This document shows, piece by piece, positions 39,850 to 53,011 of a DNA stretch of 64,000 nucleotides. The notes beneath the pieces were generated by a model that searched no databases, was not told where the DNA came from, and was given only the letters and a program-made list of their open reading frames with translations. Each line of letters starts with the position of its first letter. The first letter of the stretch is position 1. A program made the position numbers and the translations under genes. Location: contig NC_086097.1 of the NCBI RefSeq assembly GCF_963921235.1, forward strand, positions 223,326,001 through 223,390,000. Reading direction: 5' to 3'. This DNA is from Mobula hypostoma. Its lineage: Eukaryota.

Positions 39850-41130
39850 TGCCCTACACTCTTCCAGATGACACCTAACTGCATCGTTCTATTCTTCCAG
39901 TAAATTAGCTAAGGGGTCTGTATCTGTTTAAACAGACTTCTCACATTGTCTTTTCCCCTTTAAAGGCTTGTATGTATATTATCATTAAGTCCATTTTGAA
40001 ACTCACTTCAAAACTGTACAATTTAATTCATCCTACTTCTTGTCAGTCTTTCAATTAAAATTAATTACTTCATGTTCCCAAGTTATGTTTAATTTGCCAT
40101 ACCATCTGCCCATTTTGCCAGTCTGCCCACATTCCTAAAGTCGATCATTTATCCTCCTTGTTGCTTATCCAGTTCCCAAACTCGGATTATCTGCAAATCT
40201 AAGACATATCACAGTGGTCCCTGGGGAACCATTTAACTTCAATCCAAAAAACACCATTTATTGCTCTCTGCTTTGTTTCTTTGCCAATTCCGTATCCATG
40301 CTGCCACTGTCGTTTTAATCCCTAGGAGGTTAATTTGTCTAACAAAAGCCTTTTATAAATTCATATACACAATCTTCAATCTTCTCTGCAACTTCATTAA
40401 AGGACTGAAACAGGTTAGTCAAATGCAATTTTCCTTTAACAAAGCTATGGTGACTTTCATTAGCCATTATTTTACAACATTCATTTGTTCAGGATTATGA
40501 TTTTGAAATATTTCCCTGCCACTGACATTAGGCTACCTAATTTTTAGCTATCAGATTTCTTTCTTTTCCTTTTTCTCAATATAGTTACAAAATATGCAAT
40601 TCTTTCACCCTCTAGCACAATCTCCATATCTAAAGGAGATAACTCCAGTAATATCCATCAAACATCCAGCCTTCCATCAAAACTATTCAACCCAATCTAA
40701 AGGAATTTCCTGCTTTAAATTCAACCAGTTATCTAATTTTATCCCAATCAATGATGCCTCCTCCTCTATTGTTAATTGGCACCTTTCTCTTTACTAGCAA
40801 AACCAAATATAAAATACTGATTTGAGACCTTAGCCATGTCCTCTGCTTCCACAAAAAAGATTCCTTCTTCGACCTTTAATGGCCTCATCATTTCTTAATC
40901 CACAATTAGTTATTTTTATAAATTTTCTTTATGTTGGTTCTTTACAGATGTAAACCTTAAATTCCCAAACGTCTTGGTTATCTTATGAGCTCTAAATTTG
41001 AATACTCTAAACTTCTTTTTCACCAAAATGCTTTTGCTTTGTATCTCTCAAGCTCTTCCCTGAAGGCTTTTCATTGTTCCACTATGTCTTACTGACCAAT
41101 TCTTGGTTCAAACTTATCTAAGCTGGATAA
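39850..41130 (-). mobile_element. Very old CR1-like LINE remnant
   Basis: Residual similarity only (catctgcccattttgcc, aaagccttttataaattcatata). Confidence 0.5.
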
Positions 41131-41385
41131 TTATTCAACAAGTAATAATGAAACCGCTCCCTCGAAGCTGGGGATCAAAAAGAGCATCAATGTTCAATGC
41201 TCAAGCACTTCTGCAACCTATATTTTGGTATTGCATACTTCAGTTATTTTAAAGCACATTAATAAGTAAAAAAAAACAAAGACTTGTGCCACTCTAAATA
41301 AAAAATAAACTTGAATTGCAGGTTAGAAATAAGTTAAAATGCATTTAGTCATAAAATGTTTTTTCCAAGATTAAAAACTACTCAC

Positions 41386-41440
41386 TATTTGGCTGATCTG
41401 CAAAAGTGACCTTTCGTCCATCCCAGCTCTTCTCAACTGG
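41386..41440 (-). CDS. stau2: Staufen homolog 2 short coding exon (PVEKSWDGRKVTFADQPN + 1 nt)
   Basis: 55 nt, acceptor aactttgtag/ and consensus donor /gtgagt, phase 0-1. The leftover A joins CC of the next exon to give ACC (Thr) and restores the frame into QKGILHLSPDVYQEM. Confidence 0.9.
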
Positions 41441-41507
41441 CTACAAAGTTAAAACGAAACATAAATACCAAGCACAAAATTTATCATCAGATCTAAAAAC
41501 AGAATTA

Positions 41508-41763
41508 AGATAAGACCATAAGACAAAGGAGCAGAAGTACGCCATTCGGCCCATCGAGTCTGCTCCGCCATTTTATCATGAGCTGATCTATTCTCCTATT
41601 TAGTCCCACTCCCCCACCTTCTCACCATAACCTTTGATGCCCTGGCTACTCAGATACCTATCAATCTTTGCCTTAAATACACCCAATGACTTGGCCTCCA
41701 CTGTTGCCCATGGCAACAAATTCCATAGAGTCACCACCCTCTGACTAAAAAAATTTCTTCGCA
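41508..41763 (-). mobile_element. CR1 3' end filling most of the 426-nt intron between two stau2 exons
   Basis: taagaccataagacaaaggagcagaag...; homologous to 11435-11680 and 33345-33610. Confidence 0.85.
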
Positions 41764-41866
41764 TATGCATTAATAATGCATTATCTCATATTTCATTATC
41801 CACTTGTATTTGTTTCTTATCTCTTAGAATTCAATTTTAAAAAGAGAAATTAAAATTTATGTTTAC

Positions 41867-41998
41867 CTTTTCCTGTGGATTTTGACTTGGGATGGACGCT
41901 TTGTACCCAAGCTGCAGTAACATGGCCTCTGCAGCATTCCTCTTTGCAACTTTCTTGTTTGGACCTGTTCCTGTTGCTATCTCAATGCCTACTTTGAC
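41867..41998 (-). CDS. stau2: Staufen homolog 2 coding exon, second half of dsRBD4 (VKVGIEIATGTGPNKKVAKRNAAEAMLLQLGYKASIPSQNPQEK)
   Basis: Translated by hand (absent from the ORF track). 132 nt, acceptor ttattcctttag/ and donor /gtaaac, phase 0-0. Contains the dsRBD KKxAK helix motif. Confidence 0.96.
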
Positions 41999-44009
41999 CT
42001 AAAGGAATAACAGAGCAGTTATACATTTCTATTTAATTCTCATTACTGTATCTGCATTCACAAATGGTTACATTTTATTAACCATTACAAATAGATTTTC
42101 ATTGAAATGCCTACATTTCTGAGTATGATCCAGACAAGTACATTTTTTAATCCAAAATAGTAATTTAACAACAAAATATTGAACTGCTTAATATTTCCTG
42201 TTTTAATTTCATATTTCCAGCATCTGTAGCATTAGATTTCAGAGAAAAAAATACAGAACTATTTACTGGTTATGGTGGAGTAATACAGTTCCTGAGCATA
42301 TAAAAAAACATTTAAGGGCTTTTTAAAAAGGTGCCTTTTAGTGCCCTTGTACTTAATTTTAAATAACTTCCTGAAGTCTCATAAATGGACACAATTAGCA
42401 GAAACTCATCATGGTGATTAATTGCATCTTAGGAATTAATCTGCAGTTCCGCACAGGGGACAGGGTTGTGAGGAGGCGGCACAGGGCAGTCAGCTACGGA
42501 CAAAAAAATCTGTAAAATTCAGTTTGTATTCAGTCTTTACACACAAATATTAGCAGCGGTCCCTGGCAGATGATCCTGCAGCTGACCCAGGGGTACTGTT
42601 GAAGGTGCAGTAGGCAGCAATGCTAAGCAGGAAACATCTTCCTGTAAATCTCACTGAAAATTTTGCACTGGGTGTTTCAGGAATTGTGTAAATGTTGTTG
42701 GGAGCTCACAGAAATTCCAGGCCACATCCTGGTATAGTAGTATTACCTTTCCAGAGAAAGGTAATTGGGAAATTCAAAATGAAAAGTCTACAGAGAAGCT
42801 CATATCAAATGTAGAGATGGATGAAACAATTCAAATAAAAAAGCAGTGTATAATCGGCAGACAGATAGAACGGATTTATATTGTGCCTTTTAGAATATAC
42901 CAAGCTGCTTCAAGGCTAAAGATTGCTTTGGAAGTGTAGCCACCGCCTTTTTCCTTGTTATGCTTACAAACTCAGAGCAGTGCTACAATAAATGACCAAT
43001 TGTTCTTACTTATATGTTTTAGGTGAGATAAAACTGGCAAGCAGGAAGCCAGAAGAACTTGTCTTTATCTGTAAATGGTTTTACAATTATTAATAAGAAA
43101 CACAGTTCTGCCAATGACGCTGCTCCGATTCTATTCTGTTTAGTGGTGCTAAACTAGATTATGTGCTGGAGCATGAATGATTCAGAAGCAAAATTGCTAC
43201 AAATATAACAAACTGAAACTTGTGAGGACAATACCACTGAGTTATTTGTGGTCATTGTAAATACAGCTGGAGCTTATATTGGGAATACTGAACAAGTTAC
43301 TTGTAAGATCATTAAAAATAATGCATTCTGCACATCTGAGAGCTCAAAACAATGGCCAAGATAAACACAAACTAATGTGGAAAGTGGCTTTAATTAAATT
43401 TGTTGATGGAATGTCTATGGAAAGATAAGATATGGGTCTTTAAACGAGAGATCTAAATAAGTCTGAAATAGGCAACACATTTAAATTCAACAATACAGCT
43501 CAGGAAAACTTAACAACTGGAAAATCATTCACAAGCTCCAAAAACAGTTGGGAATCAGGTTAACCCAGACTGCAGCACTACTGCTTACATCTTCAGGTGC
43601 CTCTCTAGCTACTAGTACATTTGTCATCTCATTTACTGACTGAAGTTTTGTTCTCCCTCACAATTTTCACCTGGCATAAAATCCCCCCAAAAATGCAACA
43701 AGCAAGATTCGTCCAGAATGGGATGCTCTAAAAATTGTCATTTCTTAGTGAGCAAAGGAACAACTAGGTTTTACCAATCTGGTTTGCCTGACTCTCACTA
43801 TGCATATGTACCCTGACTGCTTAGGCCATTGGGATCAAGGTCAGACTCATTCTCATCCAGGCAGCTGTAGCTTCTGTTTGACACATCTTTAAATACTCTG
43901 CTCATCACTGCATGAGAGATGTAATCCAAACACTATACTCAAGAGAAAAACACTTGTAATGACACAGAAGGCAATCTTTTGACCTACCTACTTTATGTTC
44001 AGTTCATAG

Positions 44010-44280
44010 AATAAGGCAAAGTCTAAAACTTTGACCAACTTCCACAGATGTGTGGTGGAGAGTGTACTGACTGGTTGCATCATAGCCTGGTATGGAAACA
44101 CCAATCCCCTTGAACAGAAAAGCCTACTAAAAGTAGTGGATACAGGCCAGTCCATCACGGGGAAAGCCCTCCCCACCACTGAGCAGATTTACAAGGAGTG
44201 CTGTCGCAGGAAAGCAGCATCCATCGTCAAGGAACCCCACCATCCAGGCTATGCTCTCTTCTTGCTTGCCAGCAGGAAGG
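44010..44280 (+). mobile_element. Rex1/Babar fragment
   Basis: VESVLTGCIIAWYG...KAASIVKEPHHPGYALF. Confidence 0.8.
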
Positions 44281-45897
44281 AGGAAAGTCCCTCACTTCCA
44301 GATTCAGCACCTGCAGATTTTCTCTTGTTTATGGTTGCATCTGAGCCCTTTTTGTTGATGGTCATCTTCAAAATGAAGCCCGATAACAGAAAAAATATTT
44401 TTGAAAATTCTATTTGTGCATCTTTAAGAGAGCTTTACATTACATGTAATTATTTTTGTCAATCTTTACTTTCAATGCTTGGCAGGAATTCCACACACAA
44501 AAAAAAAGAACAGCAGAAAATACCATCAGCATTTCAGTAACCTCATTAGAGTGCAATCTGTAACTACTGAAAAAAGACACCAGTTTTCCCAAGTGAAAAA
44601 TGGCACAGTGTAGGTTATGAACAGGATGTCAATGTAATCAGTAAACTAGATTTCTCATTAGTAATTGCCAAGCAATGAGGGTAAGGACCATTCTTACTGA
44701 TCTGTGATTTGTACACATTATGCAAAGGATTAAGGGAATTCAAAAATAACAGCATTTTTCACAATGTTACTTCATTGTCAGATGATGTAATCACCTCTTT
44801 CCCCACACCACATTCTAATATCCTGAGGACTATCAGATCATTGAAGCCCTCCGTTGGTCAGGTTTAATCATGGAATGCAAACCAGGGCAGTATGATATGG
44901 AGAATAAGCTGTTGCCCTTGCAGTAGGCTCCCCCTCTCCAAACAGCTGATGAATCCACAGGAATGGCAGACAGCAATATAGTTTGGCACCAGCAGCTTGC
45001 TGGAGTTGCCAGTCAGCATTCAATTCAGCCTAGGACTGCTTTGGGTACTCCGGCTCCAGATTTTTCGTCTGGGTTTAGTCCTGAAGCTTTCCTCAAGAGT
45101 GGGTATAACCACAAGGCAGTGGAGGTTTGAGGTCAGTTTTCCTGAGCTGCCAACCACACCGGTGACCCTATCTGCCCAAAGCGACTGGTTTTAAGTTGCC
45201 AGTGATCTGCCTTTGCCCTTTCTCCTGTCAGTAGAAACAGTTTCACTAGGCTTGGTTGTTAAAGGCTATTTGAGACGCACAACACTGAGTGCGTTTAACA
45301 GGGCCTGGGAGCTTATTCTCACTACTCCACCAGCTCCAGCTGTAAAAACCATAAGGAACCATTTTTTAAAAAAAGCACTTGTTGTGTATCTCCACCATTT
45401 TGGTTAATTTGTCTGATTTAACAATGGCATTCAACATCGCCATTTTAAAAAATATTTTCCTATAAGTAACAATTGGATTTTTTATATTTAAGTAGTAACA
45501 TAGGATACTTCAAATTTAATTCACAATATAATTAACCAAGACAGTAGGGAAAAAGATATATACAGTGGAGGAGAATAAAGTCTAGCATTTCAAGACCAAT
45601 TTTGACAAAATATTAACTGATACTTCTGGTAAAACATCACTGCATTGGAATCAATGATACAGGTTAACATATGCACTGCACACTTGTGAACAGAAGTGAC
45701 CATATGAACTTATTCTGCCATGAACCAGAGAGTGGATGGTGGGGATGGAAGAGTGAATCAGGAAATTGCAAAGGTAATATTCCCTTTGAAATACTGTAAG
45801 GGGACGGGAATGGTAAAAATTCTCTGGCGATAAAACCTTATTAAAGTGGTGAAATGGAAACAAGAACCACTTAGCAAGAACAATTGCGAATATTTGT

Positions 45898-47200
45898 CAT
45901 AGAAAACTACAGCAAGAAGCAGGCCCTTTGGCCCATCTAGTCCATGCTGAACCATCTAAACTGCCTAGTCCCATTGACCTGCAAACGGACCGTAGCTCTC
46001 CAAATCCCTCCCATCCATATACCCATCCAAACTTCTCTTAAATTTTGAAATCAAAATTGCATTCACCACTTGCGCTGGCAGCTTGCACCACACTCACAAC
46101 CCTCTGAGTGAAGAAGTTTCCCCTCGTAGTCCCCTTAAATATTTCACCTTTCGCCTTTAACCCATGACCTTTAGTTGCATTGGAAACAGCCTGTTTGCAT
46201 TTACCCCATCTATACCTTTCATAATCTTACATACCTGAGTCAAATCTCCCCTTAATCTTCTACATTCTAGAAAATAAAGTTCTAAAGTTCTAACCTATTC
46301 AATCTTTCTTCATAACTCAGGTGCTCCAGTCCCAGCAACACCCTTGTAAACTTACTCTGTATTTTCAATCTTATTTGCATTTTTCCTGTAGGTTGGTGAC
46401 TAAAACTGCACACAATACTGCAAATTAGGCCTACCAATGTCTTATACAACTTCAACATAACATCCCAACTCCTGTACTCAACAGTTTGATTGGTGAAGGC
46501 CAATAAGCCAAAAACTTTCTTAATGACCATATTTACCTGTGACACCACTTTCAATGAATTATGGACATACATTCCCAGATCCCTTTGTTCTATAACACTC
46601 CTCAATGCTCTACCACACACTGTGTAAGACCTACCCTGGGTGAGCCCCCAAAGTAAAACACTTCACACGTCTGTATTAAATTCCATTAGCCATTTTTCCA
46701 GCTGGCACAGATCGCATTGCAAGCTTTGATAGTCTTCCTTGCTGTCCACTGCATCCACAAATTTACTGATCCAATTAGCCACATTATCATCCGGATTGTT
46801 GATACAGATGACAAACAACAACAGACCCAGTTCCAATTCCTACAGCACTCCACTAGTCGCAGGCCTCCAGTCAGACAGGCAACCATCTCCTACCGCTCTC
46901 TGGCTTCTCCCTCAAAGCCAATGTCCAGTCCAATTTACTACCTCATGCGATTGAACCTTCCTGACCAATTTCCTACATGGGACCTTGTCAAATGCCTTGC
47001 TAAAGTTCATTTTGACAACATTCATTGTTTTGTCTTGATCAACTTTCCTGGTAACCTCCTCAAAAAACTCTGTAAGATTGGTTAGACGCAGCATCCCACA
47101 CACAAAGCCCTGGTAACTCTACCTAATCAGTCCTTCTCAATCCAAATACTCATAATCCAATCTCTTAGAGTACCTTCTAATGACTTTCCCACTACTGATA
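45898..47200 (-). mobile_element. CR1 LINE 3' part
   Basis: LTNLTEFFEEVT...FSKAFDKVP; LKLYKTLVG. Confidence 0.85.
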
Positions 47201-47535
47201 CCAGCTCTTTACTTCATCCATCCCCCTCCAGGTTTCACCTATCACCCAGTGTTTCTCTCTCCACTCCCCCACCTTTTAAACCTACTCAGCAATTTTTCAC
47301 TAGCACTGCCGAAGGATTTCGGCCGGAAATGTCGACTGTACTTTTTTGTCCCCCATAAATGCTCCCCGGCCTGCTGAGTTCCTCCAGCATTTTGTGTGTT
47401 GCAGTTGAAATGCTGACTCACCTGGAAGGACTGTTTGTGGCCCTTAATGGTGGTGATTGGGCAGGTGCAGCACCTCCTCCACTTGCAGGGACCACCATTT
47501 TGGGCCCCAAACAGTCCATCCAGGTGAGGCACATA
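47200..47535. mobile_element. Rearranged Penelope-like fragments
   Basis: Terminal repeat on + (47200-47403, degenerate hammerhead) followed by an inverted pair of GPKQS(F/I)QV segments. Confidence 0.7.
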
Positions 47536-49220
47536 CTTAATCTGTTAATATCTCCCTGTAATGTAATGTCTTTATCCATAAAACCTACAAAGCAGCATAA
47601 TTGCATCTGTTTTTATAGTCACCAGGATTCCTGGCTGGCTTTTACATTTATGCCCTATTGCTACTTATTTATTTCTTTGAAAAAAAGAACAGAAGGGTTC
47701 TCATCTCTCAAGGTTACCAATACCCTCAAGATCATCCGTTATCCTACCTGTGAACAGACCTGTCTAATCTAATCAACAGTTTACCGCATTGCACTGTAAT
47801 CAACCCTCTTAAATCTAGAAACCCAGTAGCTGCTTTTATGTTCTTCCTTTCAAGCACTACAACAGCTTCAAATGCATTATGGTCACTATCAAATAAATAT
47901 TGTGTCACTTGCTAGGTTTTTGAATAAATCTGTCCCATTGCTTATGAAAAAAAATTGACACAGGAAGCTATCTCAAACAAACTCAAGAAGTTCTGTCATT
48001 GTGAATGTATCTGCTTATCCAAAATTGGATGGCAGTTGAAATTCCCATTAAACCACCTTATCTATTACCTAGTCTGTGCATTTATCTTTGTCATTTTGAT
48101 ACCACAGACTCTTAAATTATTCTCTGTTCTTACTGATTTTATATATAAAATCTCCAGTGTCTCTTGCCTCTGGCTATTGCTTCCCTCATTGCCGAAGTGA
48201 TTTCAGCATTAATTACAAAGTAGTCACTTATCACCAACTTTTTTTCCTTTCTGCAAACTTTAAATATATTTAATGCTTACTGTTTACTGTCCTGCAGCCT
48301 TAGTACAGCAATGGTTTCCATGCCAAACCCTTCCAGTTGAATGCACCGGGCATTTCATTCCATTGGTTCTTTATACTCTGTGCTTGTATAAATAAGTGCT
48401 CATTTGGACTAAACATTCTAACATGACTTGCGCTAATGTTTTACTTAAAATTCTTATCTCCCACTCTAGATTGAACTATATTAACACATATTGTGTTCTC
48501 TTTAACTGTAGTGACACACTCTTGCTGTAAAATAACTATTTATAGTTCTTTTCCAAAGTCCTCATCATCATAACCCAGAAACTGGTGGGGAAACAGGCCA
48601 GTAGGCTTCTTCTCCCAACCGCATTGCATGCAAAGTGTCACCGGTTAATCTGTTCTGTACCTGACACTATTTAATTTATGCACTTTACCTTGCTTATTTA
48701 TGCATAAATCTTCTGTAGGTTTTATCCTTCTTCTCCTAAGTTATTGTGTGTAATACATGTGTTATGTGTACTACTGTGCTTTACACCCTAGTTCAGAGAA
48801 ACATTGTCTCAGTTGACGATATACGTGTATATAGGTAAATGAAAATAAACTTGAATTGACTAATGAATTTAGCATTCCTAGTTCATATTAGATAGCATCA
48901 ATTCCAGTGGTACATCTTTTCTCCCTGTCTAAATTTCAGCAAGGTAACCTCTTATTCCTCCAAATTCTAAACTATAAGACGTTTCTGTACAAGCTCTCTG
49001 CAGAGGACAAGTTGTTCATTCTAAGAACCAATCTGGTTCCTTGCACTTTCTCAAATGTAACTATATTGTTCCTTTGATAAAGACAACATCCAGACATGTA
49101 CACAATGTGGGACTCACGTCCAGTACTGTATCCTGTGAATCAGCAACTTCCACAAGTATTACAGTGGAACATTCCACCAGCAGTTTGTGTATTGTTCCAT
49201 GCACGTCACAGTGTGAGTGC

Positions 49221-49670
49221 TGTGCTACATGTATTCTGTTAGCTCTATTCTGTGCTACATGTATTCTGTTAGCTCTATTCTGTGCTACATGTATTCTGTT
49301 AGCTCTATTCTGTGCTACATGTATTCTGTTAGCTCTATTCTGTGCTACATGTATTCTGTTAGCTCTATTCTGTGCTACATGTATTCTGTTAGCTCTATTC
49401 TGTGCTACATGTATTCTGTTAGCTCTATTCTGTGCTACATGTATTCTGTTAGCTCTATTCTGTGCTACATGTATGTATTCTGTGCTACATGTATTCTGTT
49501 AGCTCTATTCTGTGCTACATGTATTCTGTTAGCTCTATTCTGTGCTACATGTATTCTGTTAGCTCTATTCTGTGCTACATGTATTCTGTTAGCTCTATTC
49601 TGTGCTACATGTATTCTGTTAGCTCTATTCTGTGCTACATGTATACATGTTAGCTGTATTCTGTGCTGTG
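49221..49670. repeat. 30-bp minisatellite tgtgctacatgtattctgttagctctattc
   Basis: 8 perfect units (49221-49460), one 20-nt variant, 5 perfect units (49481-49630), then a decayed tail. Confidence 0.97.
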
Positions 49671-49849
49671 AAATACATGTGTGTGAACTGCATTAAGCAC
49701 CATATAGACTTCATAATGAAATGCAGGGTATTATGTGGTAAAGGGTAAAGTTGTAGGAACATGTTAAACATGTGAATACTGTGAATTTACTGTGTTGGCA
49801 CCCTCTCACATGGTTATGTCCAACAGTGTAATGATTAACAGTCTGAAAA

Positions 49850-50310
49850 TGACACAGAAATTGGTGGAGTTCCAGCTGAAGAAGGATATGGTGGGACATA
49901 GACCAGCTGGGAAGATGGGCACTGCGGTAGCAGATGGAACTTAATCCAAACGAGTGTAAGGTAATGCAGTTGGGAGAGTCAAGTTCTGGTAGGACATGTG
50001 AAGTATACGGCAGGGGGCTGAGCAGTGTTGATGTACATAACTTGCCGAAAGTGGTGACACTGGTGCAGAGGGTAGTGCAGGCAGCTTTTGGTGAGCTTGA
50101 CTCCATCGACTAGGGCATTGAGTACAAGAGTTGGGGCATCATGTTTTAGTTGTACAAAACATTGACCAGACTGTGTGGTTCTGGTTACCACCCTGCTGCT
50201 AGGATGCGGTAGCAACAGAGAGAGTGCAGAAGAGACTCACCACCATGCTGCCCGGAATGAAGGGCTGCACTTATAAGGAGAGGTTGGAGAGGCTGGATTT
50301 ATCCTCACTG
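49850..50310 (+). mobile_element. Old CR1 RT 3' fragment
   Basis: QKRLTTMLPGMKG.TYKERLERL. Confidence 0.7.
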
Positions 50311-51799
50311 GATAAAGCCTTTTCTTCTAAGGGAGAGGATTTCTGGACTATTGATCTGTTTTCAAACAGACTGTTTTGTTTTTACTTTAATGTGAGGTTA
50401 AGGAAGGAGAAGCAGCAACTGTTTGAAACATGTAACGGGTTTGATTGTTTACTGTGAGGCCAGCGGTGAATAAAAAGGCAGCATGATCCAGTGGAGCGAT
50501 ATCTCCCTAGGGTGTGGTCTCTGCCATATACAATGGCGGGGATCTCACGGGCAAGCTGTCCACTCTACATTTCTGGCTGACACGTGCTTCAGATTATCAT
50601 TTGCATTCGTGCTAGGTCCCACCATCATTGAGGGTGAGACTGATCACAGAACATTTCAGTTTTTGTCTCCCACTATCCACAGCTGGCTTGGGTTACAGAA
50701 TGCAAATCTGAACCAGGATTGCCGAGCGCAGACATACTGAATTGCACCGTGACCAGTTTGCTTTGTACATTGAACCTCTGGGCTGGTCTGCAGGCTGTGG
50801 TAACACAGTGGGATGGTCAGGGCAATGAAGATACAGAATGGTATTTGGCCATTGGGCAGGTGGAGCTGCCACTGATGGAAAGGTTAAGATTCTGAAGGAG
50901 ATGAATTGCAAAGATATTTTCCTTTGCAGACGAATCTGGAACTAGGGGCATGGAGGTGGGGTGGGGGGAGGGGGTACCATGAATAATGCAGTACAAATAC
51001 AGACCTTCAAGCTACCACATCCACCTGCAGGGCTGATGGCACTGGAAATGCATGCCCTAATTTCAAGTCCCTGAATTGATCCACTCAGCGTTTTAATGTT
51101 TGGTTGCAGTGTACTTTGGAACAGTTGGCCATTACCATATCACCACCAGACTGAAAATCTCACTGCTTTACCAGTCCTGGTGAAGGGTCTCAATCCAAAT
51201 CATCGACAGTCTGTTTCCCTCCACAGACATCACTGGTCTACTGAGTTCCTCCAGCACTTGGTGCAGCACTCTAGCTTATGTTTTTGCTGCAGTTCCCAGC
51301 ACCTGCAGTCTTGTCTCAAACTTGCTGCTTGATGTGTTTAAAAGTATTTGTTGAAAGCAGCATCACAGGTAGGCGGGGTGGTGAAAAAGACATGTAACAT
51401 GCTGGCCTTCATAAGTCAGGGCATTGAGTACAGGTATTGGGACATTGTGTTGCAGTTGTTTAAGTCATTGGTGAGGTTGTACCTGTGTATAGTTTCGGTC
51501 ACCCTGTTATGGGAAAAGCCCGGTTAATGTGGAGAGGGTGCAAAAAAAAATTTACAAAAGAAAGATGATTAACAGTCTTTTCCCCAGGATTGGGGAGATT
51601 CAAAATTTCCCCGACAATTTCACTCTCAAATTCTAAATTGTACATTCTGTTATGATTTGCTTCTTTATGACACCAATATTGGGGGAGGGGACACAACAGA
51701 CAGTGAAGAAGGCTATCAAATTTTGCAGCTCCATCTGGAAAAATGGGACTGAAAATGGCAGATGGAAGTAAATACAATCAGCTGTGAGATGTTACACTT

Positions 51800-52580
51800 T
51801 GATAGACAGACAGATAGATGGATAGATAGATAGATAGATACTTTATCGATCCCAAAGGAAATTACAGTGTCACAGTAGCATTACAAGTGTACAGATATAC
51901 AAATATTAGAAGAGAAGTAAGAAAGAATAAAAAATAAGTTACCTCAAACAGTCTAACAGGAGGGGGCATCACTTCCCTGGCTATAGGTTGACAGAGGCAG
52001 AGGGCAAGAATGACCTCATATAGCACTCTTTGGAGCAGTGCAGTTGTCTTAGTCTTTTACTAAAAGTGTTCCTCTGTTCAGCCAAAGTGGCATGCAGAGG
52101 GTGAGAAACATTGTCCAGAATTGTGAGGATTTTGCATTGGGTCCTTTGTTCTACCACAGCCTCCAGTGCGTCCAGTTTGACTCCTATAACAGAGCCAGCC
52201 TTTCTAATTAGTTTATTGAGCCCGTTGGCATCACCTATGTTAATGCCATTGCCTCAGCACGCCACCTCACAGAAGATTGTATTGGCAACAACAGACAGGT
52301 AGAACATGCTAAGGAGAGGCCTGCATACTCCAAATGACCTAAGTTCCCTCAGGAAGTAGAAGCGATTCTGGCCCTTCTTGTACATAACCTCTGTGTTGGT
52401 GCTCCTCTGAAGCCTGTCATCCAGGAGCTCCCCCAGGTACTTGTAGGTCCTCACCACATCCACGTCCTCACCACATCCACATCCTCACCGTCAATAGTAA
52501 CAGGGAGCAGAGCAGGCTTAGCCTCCCTAAAGTCCATCACCATCTCCTTTGTCTTACTGATGTTGAACTGCAGATGATTC
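51800..52580 (-). mobile_element. Rex1/Babar-type LINE fragment with (GATA)n tail
   Basis: LQFNISKTKEMVMDFR, YKYLG..LDDRL, KKGQNRFYFLR. Confidence 0.8.
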
Positions 52581-52975
52581 ATGACAAACCAGGGTAGGAC
52601 TAACACAGTGAACGTTAGGGCATCAAGGATTGCGGGAAAACTGAGGAATCTGGGAATACAGATCCACAATTCCTTGAAAGTGGCTCACAGGCAGATAGGG
52701 TCATAAAGAGAGTTTTTGGCACATTGGCCCTCATAAATCAAGTATTGAGTACAGGAGTTCGGATGTTGTGTTAAAGTTGTATAAAATGTTGGTGAGGTCG
52801 AATTTGGAGTAGCATCTGCAGTTTTGGTCACCTACCTATCTGAGTTATATGAAAAGGTTGAATAGGTTAGGAATGTAAACATGAGGAAATCTGCAGATGC
52901 TGGAAATTCAAGCAACACACACACAAAATGCTGGTGGAACGCAGCAGGCCAGGCAGCGTCAATAGGAAGAAGTTC

Positions 52976-53011
52976 AGTCAACGTTTCGGGCCGAGCCTCT
53001 TCGTCAGGACT
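52976..53011 (-). ncRNA. Minimal hammerhead ribozyme motif with imperfect stem II (sense to the stau2 pre-mRNA)
   Basis: AGUC CUGACGA A GAGGCUCGGCCC GAAAC GUU GACU. Confidence 0.6.

Noticed and set aside
49221..49670. CRISPR-like array or repetitive membrane protein
   Set aside because: Units are contiguous with no unique spacers, there are no cas genes, the context is a eukaryotic intron, and the ORFs are a product of the 30-bp period.
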